The notes under the pieces: model-generated
The model's database searches: none
Seen by the model: only the letters and a program-made list of their open reading frames with translations
What the model was told of the DNA's origin: nothing
NCBI RefSeq assembly: GCF_032444005.1
Contig: NC_091282.1
Span: forward strand, 1,203,234,001 to 1,203,298,000
Direction: 5' to 3'
Source: Ranitomeya imitator
Taxonomy: Eukaryota
DNA: 64,000 nucleotides
Program-made: the position numbers and the translations under genes
Shown here: piece after piece, positions 1-12,567 of the stretch
Numbering within the stretch: the stretch's first letter is position 1
Layout: every line of letters starts with the position of its first letter

Positions 1-1090
1 ATGCAGGATGTCATTTCCAAGGGGAAGGTGGTGCACGACGTAGGATGTCAATTCCAAGGGGGAAGGGAGGAGGCGGTAAAACAACGCAGGATGTCAGTTC
101 CAAGGGGGGGGTGGCGGTACACGAAACAGGATGTCCGTTCAGAGGGAGGCGGTACATGAAGCAGGATGTCAGTTCAGAGGAAGGCAGTACATGAAGCAAG
201 ATGTCCGTTCAGAGGTGGGCAGTACACGAAGCAGTATGTTAGTTCAGAAGGGGGCGGTACACGAGGTAGGATGTCCGTTCCGAGGGGAGACGCGGTACAC
301 GATGCAGAATGTCAGTTCCAAGGGCAGAGGCGGTACACGATGCAGGATGTCAGTTCAGAGGACGGAGGATGTACACGACAGAGGCTGTACACGACAAAGG
401 CTGTACACGACGCAGTATATCAGTTCCAAGGGTGGAGGCAGTACACGATGCAGGATGTCAGTTCCGAAGGGGGAGGCGGTACACGAAACAGGATGTCAGT
501 TTAGAAGGAGGTGGTACATAAAGCAGGATGTCAGTTCCGAGGGGGGCAGTACACGAAGCAGTTTGTTAGTTCAGAAAGGGGCGGTACACGAGATAGGATG
601 TCAGTTCCGAGGGGGGAGACGGTACACGAGGAAGGATGTGAGTTCCGAGGACCGAGGCAGTACACTATGCAGGATGTCAGTTCCAACGACGGAGGCGGTA
701 CACGATGCAGGATGTCAGTTCCGAGGGGGGAGGCGGTACATGACATAGGATGTCCGTTTCGATGAGGGCGGTACACAAAGCAGGATGATGTCAGTTCCAA
801 GAGGGGCCAGTACACAACGCAGGATGTCAGTTCCGAGGGGGGGGGGGTACACGACAAAGCAGGTAGACAAAGCAGGACGTCTGTTCCGAAAGGAGTGGCA
901 CATGAAACAGGATGTCCGTTCTGAAGGGGGCGGGACACGAAGCAGGGTGTCAGTTCTGAAGGGGGCATTACTCAATGCAGGATGTCGGTTTAGAAGGGGG
1001 ATGGTGCACGAGGCATGATGTCTGTTCCGAGGGGGTGGTACTCGATGCAGGATATAAGTTCAGAGGGTGAGCTGTACACGATGCAAGATG
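1..1090. repeat. Degenerate ~35 bp minisatellite (gtacacgatgcaggatgtcagttccgagggggaggcg)
   Basis: The motif caggatgtcagttc recurs about every 35 bp. The array runs off the window start. Confidence 0.9.
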
Positions 1091-2539
1091 TCAAACAAGC
1101 CATACACATCAGATTAGTTGGCTGAACCTGCAGAATTCGGCGAGATCATCCAATTGGTCCCTGAAAAATGATGCTGAGAAAGTGAAGGATCCGGCATGTT
1201 GAATTCCAAAGGCCGATCCCTCTATTCAGCACAGAGCTAAGCCCGCATTGCAGGCTCTCTCATAGAGAACACAGTAGTGACTGGCCGTGACGAATGTTAG
1301 CAGATATAGTCATCTAATATACACAGCCAACTTTAATCTACAACGTCGGTGCCACGCACCACCCCATAAGTCCAGTACTGGTGGTCTAGAACTCTTTTTC
1401 CTACAGTGCCATTTTTATCAAACCGCAAAATGGAAATTGCTTCTACGGTCAGGCATCACTGGCGATGTCACCAATTCACCGTTTATACACCTTTATGATA
1501 ACCACTCATATGGTGGGTGAGGGGACCACAAAGCTATTACTATAGGGGGGGGGGGGGGAGAAAGATCATTTGTGTTGTAAAAGTGTATAGCTCTCCTTAA
1601 GTCCATTTTAAATATTATCGAATGTCCTGACGCAAATCTGCAGCAATCTCAAGTGAACAAATCTCTCGTAGGATCCTATAAAGAATCACATTAAAATGTT
1701 TGCGTGCAACGGCAACAACGCGGTAAAAGAATTCTCTCTTTTTATTCTCTTAATGCCTTAAATGACCAAATGGCACCTATTTGCTGGGAGAAATAAAGAG
1801 GACTGTGTTCAGGAAAATCAATCGATAGTGGGAAATAGAGAGGCAGGGCTCCCGGTTCGGAGATAGGCCGCGGAATGCTGACATTATTGATTTTAGCCAG
1901 TTCAGCTGGTCTGGTAATTAAAATGTAAATTTGAGAAAGAGATTATGTCCTGACAGAAATGGTGGGATTAGAGAGGGTGATAAAAGCCCCTGCGTGAAAA
2001 TTCACTTGCCGGAGATAAAAGCGGAGTCTATGTACCGGGTCTTAACAGCTGTGTGGGCTTACTAAGAAAAACCTAAATAGGACTGCTCCGAGCTGCCCCG
2101 AGGAGTCACACAACACGCACGGCAAAAAAAATGTATGGAGACGACTCCGAAAATAAATAATCACCTCCGCTGTGGCTTATTACCCTCATAAAGTACATTC
2201 CTAGTTTTGTCATTTGAAAGGAAAAGGGCTAAGAAAATAAATTACGGTAATTAAAACAAAAGGTATGTCAAATCTGATAACTGCAAAAAAAAAAAGTGTC
2301 AAAATGTAGGTAATCAGACTACATAGGGTTTGTTTGTAGTCTGTTACCATGGAGACATAGAAACTGTACACACAAACTGATACATTTTAACAAAAGGTAT
2401 TCTGTACAGAAGCATTCTTCAGCTACCCGCTTACATGAGTAAAATTCTAAATCAGGAGGAGTACAAATTAAGGGACGTGCATGGCCATTGCCGTCAGTCT
2501 TAAGGTTAGGCAGTCACGCCTAATGGAAGGAACCTTTAA

Positions 2540-2867
2540 AGGGGTTGTGCAGGACTTGGTATAGGGTCTCAGTATCAGACAGCGGGACACCCATGTCAGT
2601 CCCATAAAAAAATGCTTTTCAAAGACCATATCTTCCAGAAGTGAATACGGCGCTACTCAGTTTCCATTTACTCAATATGCGCTGAGCAGCAGTACCTGAG
2701 AATGGCCACTACGTGGTGTACGGAGCTGTGCTGTTCCACTTTGTGCAGTTTATTTCAGGCCCATGCGGGACAAGGAAATGGCTAATCTGTGTCGGACCCC
2801 TACAGATCTCATATTGATGGTGTAGCAAAGGGAAATGTCATCAATATCCAAATTCTGGACAACCCCT
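2540..2867. mobile_element. TTAA-flanked MITE, T2/Kolobok-like
   Basis: TTAA|AGGGGTTGT ... ACAACCCCT|TTAA terminal inverted repeats. No coding capacity. Confidence 0.75.
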
Positions 2868-5169
2868 TTAAGTACATGCTGTCACTGCCTGTAAGGAAAA
2901 GATAGCTTCAGACACTGCAAATGAAGTAGATCACAAGTGCTCTTGGCTCTAGATCCCCGTGCACAGATAACGGCGTGGTGTAGGGCAGCCACGCAAGGGT
3001 GGTGATAAGACGGTGAGGGTAAAGCACACTGCAGGCGCGGGGCTTCTTCATGTAGTGCACAGATAAAGGAACATACGAGGTGCTCTCTGCTGTGGACGCT
3101 TCCTCCTCTGTGTCGCTCCCGGTTTATCGCGCTCGCTGGCAGACAGATTGAAGCGAGCGGAGCTGATGCTATCAGCCCCTGGACATCATTGTCAAACATA
3201 GTCTATACATTCAGCCCGTACTTCACGTATACCCTCAGCGATTCTAAGGACGGCGGACAGAGGCCTAGAAAGCTCCCGATTCATCAACTGCAGTTTTCTT
3301 TTAAGTCGCTTTATTTTTTTATGGTTTTGGAGCCAAAAACGGTTTATGAATGATGCACAAAATCAACTTTTTTTTTTGTCTATAAACTTTTTTTTTTTTT
3401 TTTTTAACTCAGAAAGGTGCATGTTCTGCAAAAAATGTAGGGAAAAAGGTGGGGTACATTTCTACTAAATCCACTCATAATATAAAAAAAAAAAGAAAAC
3501 AGGTAAACACATAAAATAAACTTTAAAAAATGCACAAATTTAAAACAATAAAGGCACAAAAAAGACAAGCTAGATAGAACTAGGTAAAAAAGGTGCAAAT
3601 GTAGCAATGAATAGGACCCAAAGATTCCTACTGCATTTTTACAGTCTCATCCCCTTATAAAAAAAAGAAAAAAATCTCTAATTCTAAAGGCAACGTACAA
3701 CTTCTCAAAGAATTTTTAGATGCCACCAGGAAAAATATTTCATCAGAACAATCTACAGTCTTATGGGAAGGGATTCAGCGCAACCTAAATTTACTCTGCA
3801 CTTTTTATGTTTTGGAGTCCAATGGGCGGTCTTATTCAGTGACTGCCTTTCACGTATGAGTAATGGGTAGGACCGCCCACTGGACTCTTAAGCCAAGACC
3901 CAACAGGAAATTTAAAGAATAAAATTCAAGTGTTACATTATCTATCCCCATGCTGCCTGCGACTCCGACACCTAGTTCAACGTAACAGGTTCCCTCTAAT
4001 TTGAGCTGTTTTTTTTTGCTTTTGGTTATGCTGCTAATCTGTGTTGCTTGGGGTGAGCTCTGGACAAAATCAGTCTCCTTCCCCTTCTGGCATCTGACAA
4101 TATAGCGAGGAATTCTTTTCAGTTATTCTGCCATGCGCCTGCAGAAATCTCTATCCTTTTCCTGACAAGGAGGCATTTTTCCTGCAGCGCCACCACTTCA
4201 ATAAGAAGTCAACATTACCACTGCAGCCAGAGATTGGTTGCAGCGGTAAAGCGACTTGAAGAGCACGTCATTGGCGGTGTCTCTTATGACACACTCTTCT
4301 AGCGATCTGACCACTTATGGATCCGCCAAAGACCTCGGCTGCAGCTTGGGGGTGGATCCACAGGGTTACGTGAAGGCGAGTGTGCTCATTGGCTCATTGT
4401 GTTCCTCCAGGGTGGATCCTTAGCCATCCTACACCAGTGCACAGTAAGGGGGAGATCACCCCGTGCGCTGCTTACAGCCTACCCTTTGACTGTCGACAGA
4501 TCCCGCCAGACTGCATCACTTCTTACCTATAAGGAGAAGCGCCTTCCATGGCCGGCAGTGGCACAGTCCGTTCCTAGTGATGAATTTATGACTCTATTAG
4601 GCTCCAGACTGTGTAAACAACATTTTTTTAATCAGCGACCGGGAAAACCAGTATCTACAAAAAGCAATTACTTCTTTGTTTTAATCATGTTTTATTCTCG
4701 TTTAATTACAAAGAGGAAATGATCACTTCCCCGATGCCTCGTATCAAAAGGCATAAAAGCAGCTCCTGCAAGAGGCAGCCTGATGGATGGACGCGCCACT
4801 CCACTCCCACAGCCATCTGCATCCTTCCGCCTCTACACATTCATCCTACAAGTCTTATACTTTGTTGGTGGGTTTTTTACCCCACCCCGGCAAAGTCATG
4901 TGATTCAGCATTAAAGGGAATGTGTCATCAGAAACAGACCTAGTCTTTAAAAGTTAGATGTATTTTAAGAAACTTTTTTTTTATTTTTCATATTACTATA
5001 TTACAAAAAAAATAATCCTGCAAATCTAACATTTGCAATTGGCCCAATATTAGACTCAAACTTCCCGTTCCCTTTATTAGCCACATGGACTGTAGCGGCA
5101 ACAGACTGACTCACACCTTGTATAGAAAAATGATCTAAGAATGTTCTATTCTGGGCAAAGATCATTGTG

Positions 5170-5890
5170 AACGGAGGCAGAGGAGGTGAGTTGTGACATC
5201 CCCTATTGTGAATGGTGGATCCTGTGTTATCTACTGTATATAGAGATGTTATCAGTCATTATACAGGAGGAGGTGAGCTGTGACATCACCTATTGTGAAT
5301 GGTGGATCCTGTGTAATCTACTGTATATAGAGATGTTAGCAGTCATTGTACAGGAGGAGGAGGTGAGCTGTGACATCACCTGTAGTGAATGGTGGATCCT
5401 GTGTTATCTGCTGTATATAGAAGTGTTATCAGTCATTCCAAAGACATACTGATAGGGATTCTAGATTGTGAGCCCCATCAGGGACAGAGATGATAATGTG
5501 TACAAAACTGTAAAGCGCTGCGGAATATGTTAGCGCTATATAAAAATAAAGATTATTATTATTTATTGTGCAGGAGGAGGTGAGCTGTGACATCACCTAT
5601 TGTGAATGGTGGATCCTGTGTTATCTACTGTATATAGAGGTGTTATCAGTCATTGTACAGGAGGAGGAGGTGAGCTGTGACATCACCTATTGTGAATGGT
5701 GGATCCTGTGTTATCCACTGTATACAGAGGTTATTGGTCATTGTATAGGAGGAGGAGGTGAGCTGTGACATCACCTATTGTGAATGGTGGAGCCCGTATT
5801 TACTGTATAAACAGGAGTTATCAGTCCTTGTACAGGAGGGGAGGTGAGTTGTGACATTGTGGATCCTGTGTCAGAGGTGAGCGGTGACAA
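5170..5890. repeat. ~85-90 bp tandem repeat (gaggaggtgagctgtgacatcacctattgtgaatggtggatcc...)
   Basis: About 7 copies of the unit, interrupted at ~5447-5566. Confidence 0.88.
5447..5566 (+). mobile_element. L2-type LINE/SINE 3' end fragment
   Basis: ctagattgtgagcccc...tgtaaagcgctgcggaatatgttagcgctatataaaaataaagattattattatt: an AGCGCT stem-loop and (TTA)n tail typical of L2 3' ends. Confidence 0.6.
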
Positions 5891-5957
5891 ATGGATTATA
5901 AAATAGAGAGGAGGAAATAGAAGTCCAACATTAGGCCTAATAGTGGGAAAAATTCAA

Positions 5958-6123
5958 NNNNNNNNNNNNNNNNNNNNNNNNNNNNNNNNNNNNNNNNNNN
6001 NNNNNNNNNNNNNNNNNNNNNNNNNNNNNNNNNNNNNNNNNNNNNNNNNNNNNNNNNNNNNNNNNNNNNNNNNNNNNNNNNNNNNNNNNNNNNNNNNNNN
6101 NNNNNNNNNNNNNNNNNNNNNNN
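5958..6123. other. Assembly gap (N run)
   Basis: Run of n characters. Confidence 1.
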
Positions 6124-6749
6124 TAAAAATAAAATTTATCAAAAATGTAAAAAAAAAAAAAAAAGCAAGTTTATCATAACGGGATTTAACCAATAAATAA
6201 TTTTCTCATGACATACTCACATTAAGTCACAGAAAAGCTGGAACTATAGGATATATTTTTTATTCTGTGGCTCCACTGTGCTAATGGATAGATCACATAC
6301 AGGCGCATCTTATTAAGTACTTACTGATTTACGAGTTGGTTGTAAATTGAATTTTGCTTCAAGGGTGACACCACAAAATGCGCCTTGTTGTGCGGCCGAA
6401 ACTCCGTCTGCCTGCCGCCGCCAATGGCCGCATGAGTATGGAACAAAACTGTGCAGCCGAGCACGTAGCCCGAATGCATGGCCAATCCAATCATGATCAC
6501 AAATGACCTTCTGCCATCTCACAGATACACAGGAGTTCGTATCCATCACAAAATTACATACCAAGCGGGGAACACATTATATTATTCTTAATTGTTTCTG
6601 TGGCAGTAAATAATTTTTTCATTGTAATTTAAAAAGTGTGTTAATTTTTGCTCTCAATTACGAGCCAATTTGACTGAAGGATGCCCAAATTCGATGCTTT
6701 TCCTTAGATTCATTGACAGAAGGCATCATCAATCAGGACAAAGGTGAGA

Positions 6750-8280
6750 ACTGTATTATTATACAACAGCCTTCGGCTCGATCTCAAGCCTTGGCGACTT
6801 AATGGATGAACGCTGTTGGAATTAGGAAGATTGATCTTGTGCAAGCCTTGATAGGTCCACCAGATTCTTCTCCGCCATTATCTTGATAGTATCGAGCCAT
6901 TGGGTTGCTGGTCTTCCTCTTCGCCTTGTTCCTTCCATTCTTCCGACCATGATGTCCTTCTCCACTGATTGTTCTCTTCCTATGTCGTGTCCAAAGTAGG
7001 CAAGTCGTAGCTTGATGATCCTTGCTTCGAGTAACATGTCTGGCTTGATTTGTTCCAAGATTGATCTGTTTCTTCTTCCTGCCATCCACAGTATTGATAA
7101 CATCATTCTCCAGCACCACACTTCAAAAGGAGTCGATTATTCTTCTGTCTTGTATCAATATCGTTCAGGTTTTGCATCCGTATGTTACCACAGAAAAGTC
7201 CAAACTATGTACAACCCGTGTCTTCGTCACCAGTGAAATGTTCCTCGATTTGAAGATCTTGCCCAGTGACTTCATTGTTGATTTGATCATAGGTATTCTC
7301 CTATCGACTTCCTGTTTTGTCGCTGCATCTTGAGTGATCATTGGTTGAAGTCCTTTACAACTTCCAGTTCGTCACCGTCCATCTCAAATGTGTCCCAGTC
7401 TTACCTGGCAATAGTTACTATTATGGTCTTTGTACGGAGTAGCAGTCCCATGTTTGAGCTTTCTATCTTGACACCACATAAGTCCTTTATTCCATCTATG
7501 CTCATTTCTATCAGATTTGTATTATCTGCGTATTTAAGATTGTTAATGATTCGACCAGCAATTTTTATTCTCTTTTTCCAGCCGTCCTGATAATAGGTCC
7601 TGCATATAAATTGAACAGAAATGGTGACAGGATGCAGCCTTATCGGACGTCTTGCTCTACTTTGAACCATGCAGTGTCACCATGTTCTGTTCGGACTGTT
7701 GCTTGTCGATATAAAGGTTCCTAATGAGGCTGATGATGTGGTTCGGTACACCCATATCCTTCATGATATTCCAAACTTTCTAGTGATCAACAGTTGAAGG
7801 CTTTGCTGTTGAACCAAAAACAGATGTCCTTTCATTCTTTGGTCTTTTCCATTATCCATCTAATGTTGGTAAATCACATCTTTTGTTCCTCTGCACTTTT
7901 CTGAATCCTGCTTGTTCCTCTGGCAGCTCTTTGTCAAAGTAAGGCTTAAGCAGTCTTTGTAGGATCTTCAGTAGTATTTTGCTGGTGTGAAGTGTGAGTG
8001 CAATAGTCCAATAGTTTCCACAGTTGGTACCATCTACCTTCTTCGGAACAGGAATAAACATCGATCTGGTCAAGTAATTGTACCATTTTTCCATATCTTG
8101 ATGCAACCAGCACATGCGTTCATCACTGGATTATTGATGCATCCACACTTTGGTCAGATTGTGATCCGAGAACTCTCGTCTCGTCACACATACCCACAGG
8201 GTCCTATACACCAGGCAGACACCATGGAAGAGTCCTTCTGGCATCTGTTGGGATGATTTATGTTAGTCTAATTATTCTCA
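6750..8280 (-). mobile_element. Decayed RTE-clade LINE (BovB/RTE-1-like), RT and C-terminal region
   Basis: Fragments FIPVPKK...NYWTIALTLHTSKILLKILQ...LPEEQAGFRK, IKIAGRIINNLKYADNTNL and WCWRMMLSILW...KLRLAYFGH...GRMEGTRRRGRPATQWLD match RTE reverse transcriptase. Many frameshifts. Confidence 0.88.
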
Positions 8281-8479
8281 ACTATACTGTACAGTAGTTG
8301 GGTAGACAAATTCTAGAGGCTTCACAGAAAAAGAAAAAACATAAGAAAATCCTATGCAGCATATGCTGTGGTTTTGTTGCTTTTAAAATGGGAGCCCTAT
8401 GGGTGACGGAGGCCACTGGATATGGTACATAGTGGTGTACGGTTGCCACTGTATATGAGAGACAACGGGCGACTGATGT

Positions 8480-11400
8480 CACTATGTGGGAGAGAACAGG
8501 CAACTGAGGCCACTGTGTATGGCAGAGAAGGGGTGACTGAGGCCACTGTATAATGGGAGAGAACGGGCGACTGAGGCCACTGTATGTGAGAGAGAATGGG
8601 CAACTGAGGCCACTGTATAATGGGAGAGAACAGGCGACTGAGGCCACTGTATAATGGGAGAGAAAAGGCGACTGAGGCCACTGTGTATGGCAGAGAACGG
8701 GCGACTGAGGCCACTGTGTATGGCAGAGAAGGGGTGACTGAGGCCACTGTATGTGAGAGAGAATGGGCAACTGAGGCCACTGTATAATGGGAGAGAAGGG
8801 GTGACTGAGGCCACTGTGTATGGCAGAGAAGGGGTGACTGAGGCCACTGTATAATGGGAGAGAACGGGCGACTGAGGCCACTGTGTATGGCAGAGAACGG
8901 GCGACTGAGGCCACTGTGTATGGCAGAGAAGGGGCGACTGAGGCCACTGTGTATGGCAGAGAAGGGGCGACTGAGGCCACTGTATGTGGGAGAGAACGGG
9001 CGACCGAGGCCACTGTATGTGAGAGAGAAGGGGCGACCGAGGCCACTGTATAATGGGAGAGAACGGGCGACTGAGGCCACTGTATAATGGGAGAGAACGG
9101 GTGACTGAGGCCACTGTATAATGGGAGAGAACGGGCGACTGAGGCCACTGTGTATGGCAGAGAAGGGGTGACTGAGGCCACTGTATGTGAGAGAGAAGGG
9201 GTGACTGAGGCCACTGTATAATGGGAGAGAACGGGCGACTGAGGCCACTGTATAATGGGAGAGAACGGGCGACTGAGGCCACTGTATAATGGGAGAGAAC
9301 GGGCGACTGAGGCCACTGTATAATGGGAGAGAACGGGCGACTGAGGCCACTGTGTATGGCAGAGAACGGGCGACTGAGGCCACTGTGTATGGCAGAGAAG
9401 GGGCGACTGAGGCCACTGTATAATGGGAGAGAACGGGCGATTGAGGCCACTCTATAATGGGAGAGAACGGGCGACTGAGGCCACTGTATAATGGGAGAGA
9501 ACGGGCGACTGAGGCCACTGTATAATGGCAGAGAACGGGCGACTGAGGCCACTGTGTATGGCAGAGAACGGGCGACTGAGGCCACTGTGTATGGCAGAGA
9601 AGGGGTGACTGAGGCCACTGTATAATGGGAGAGAACGGGCGACTGAGGCCACTGTATAATGGGAGAGAACGGGCGACTGAGGCCACTGTGTATGGCAGAG
9701 AACGGGCGACTGAGGCCACTGTGTATGGCAGAGAAGGGGTGACTGAGGCCACTGTGTATGGCAGAGAAGGGGTGACTGAGGCCACTGTGTATGGCAGAGA
9801 ATGGGCGACTGAGGCCACTGTATAATGGGAGAGAACAGGCGACTGAGGCCACTGTATGTAGGAGAGAACGGGCGACTGAGGCCACAGTATATGGGAGAGA
9901 ACGGGCGACTGAGGCCACTGAATATGGGAGAGAACGGGCGACTGAGGCCACTGTATGTGGGAGAGAACGGGCGACTGAGGCCACTGTATATGGGAGAGAA
10001 CGGGCGACTGAGGCCACTGTGTGTGGGAGAGAAGGGGTGGCAGGCCACTGTATGTGAGAGAGAACAGGCGACTGAGGCCACTGTGTATGGCAGAGAACGG
10101 GCGACTGAGGCCACTGTATGTGAGAGAGAACAGGCGACTGAGGCCACTGTGTATGGCAGAGAATGGGCGACTGAGGCCACTGTATGCGGGAGAACGGGCG
10201 ACTGAGGCCACTGTATAATGGGAGAGAACGGGCGACTGAGGCCACTGTATAATGGGAGAGAACGGGCGACTGAGGCCACTGTATAATGGGAGAGAACGGG
10301 CGACTGAGGCCACTGTATGTGGGAGAGAACGGGCGACTGAGGCCACTGTATGCGGGAGAACGGGCGACTGAGGCCACTGTATGAGAGAGAGAACGGGCGA
10401 CTGAGGCCACTGTATATGGCAGAGAACGGGCAACTGAGGCCACTGTATGTGGGAGAGAACGGGCGACTGAGGCCACTGTATATGGGAGAGAACGGGCGAC
10501 TGAGGCCACTGTATGTGGGAGAGAAGGGGCGACCGAGGCCACTGTATGTGAGAGAGAAGGGGTGACTGAGGCCACTGTAAAATGGGAGAGAACGGGCGAC
10601 TGAGGCCACTGTATAATGGGAGAGAACGGGCGACTGAGGCCACTGTGTATGGCAGAGAACGGGCGACTGAGGCCACTGTGTATGGCAGAGAAGGGGTGAC
10701 TGAGGCCACTGTGTATGGCAGAGAAGGGGTGACTGAGGCCACTGTGTATGGCAGAGAACGGGCGACTGAGGCCACTGTATAATGGGAGAGAACAGGCGAC
10801 TGAGGCCACTGTATATAGGAGAGAACGGGCGACTGAGGCCACAGTATATGGGAGAGAACGGGCGACTGAGGCCACTGAATATGGGAGAGAACGGGCGACT
10901 GAGGCCACTGTATGTGGGAGAGAACGGGCGACTGAGGCCACTGTGTATGGCAGAGAACGGGCGACTGAGGCCACTGTATATGGGAGAGAACGGGCGACTG
11001 AGGCCACTGTATATGGGAGAGAACGGGCGACTGAGGCCACTGTGTGTGGGAGAGAACAGGCGACTGAGGCCACTGTGTATGGCAGAGAACGGGCGACTGA
11101 GGCCACTGTATGTGAGAGAGAACAGGCGACTGAGGCCACTGTGTATGGCAGAGAATGGGCGACTGAGGCCACTGTATGCGGGAGAACGGGCGACTGAGGC
11201 CACTGTATAATGGGAGAGAACGGGCGACTGAGGCCACTGTATAATGGGAGAGAACGGGCGACTGAGGCCACTGTATAATGGGAGAGAACGGGCGACTGAG
11301 GCCACTGTATAATGGGAGAGAACGGGCGACTGAGGCCACTGTATGTGGGAGAGAACGGGCGACTGAGGCCACTGTATGCGGGAGAACGGGCGACTGAGGC

Positions 11401-12567
11401 CACTGTATGAGAGAGAGAACGGGCGACTGAGGCCACTGTATATGGCAGAGAACGGGCAACTGAGGCCACTGTATGTGGGAGAGAACGGGCGACTGAGGCC
11501 ACTGTATATGGGAGAGAACGGGCGACTGAGGCCACTGTATGTGGGAGAGAAGGGGCGACCGAGGCCACTGTATGTGAGAGAGAAGGGGTGACTGAGGCCA
11601 CTGTATAATGGGAGAGAACGGGCGACTTAGGCCACTGTGTATGGCAGAGAAGGGGTGACTGAGGCCACTGTGTATGGCAGAGAATGGGCGACTGAGGCCA
11701 CTGTATGCGGGAGAACGGGCGACTGAGGCCACTGTATAATGGGAGAGAAGGGGCGACTGAGGCCACTGTATAATGGGAGAGAACGGGCGACTGAGGCCAC
11801 TGTATAATGGGAGAGAACGGGCGACTGAGGCCACTGTATAATGGGAGAGAACGGGCGACTGAGGCCACTGTATAATGGGAGAGAACGGGCGACTGAGGCC
11901 ACTGTATGTGGGAGAGAACAGGCGACTGAGGCCACTGTATAATGGGAGAGAACGGGCGACTGAGGCCACTGTATAATGGGAGAGAACGGGCGACTGAGGC
12001 CACTGTATGTGGGAGAGAACAGGCGACTGAGGCCACTGTATAATGGGAGAGAACGGGCGACTGAGGCCACTGTATGCGGGAGAACGGGCGACTGAGGCCA
12101 CTGTATGAGAGAGAGAACGGGCGACTGAGGCCACTGTATAATGGGAGAGAACGGGCGACTGAGGCCACTGTATAATGGGAGAGAACGGGCGACTGAGGCC
12201 ACTGTATAATGGGAGAGAACGGGCGACTGAGGCCACTGTATGTGGGAGAGAACAGGCGACTGAGGCCACTGTATACGGGAGAACGGGCGACTGAGGCCAC
12301 TGTATGAGAGAGAGAACAGGCGACTGAGGCCACTGTATATGGCAGAGAACGGGCAACTGAGGCCACTGTATGTGGGAGAGAACGGGCGACTGAGGCCACT
12401 GTATATGGGAGAGAACGGGCGACTGAGGCCACTGTATGTGGGAGAGAACGGGCGACTGAGGCCGCTGTATATGGGAGAGAACAGGCTACTGAGGCCACTG
12501 TGTATGGCAGAGAACGGGCGACTGAGGCCACTGTATGCGGGAGAGAACAGGCTAATGAGGCCACTGT
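8480..12567. repeat. ~32-35 bp minisatellite, left part (gggagagaacgggcgactgaggccactgtata)
   Basis: More than 100 near-identical units. Source of the 1319 and 1360 aa artefact ORFs. Confidence 0.97.
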
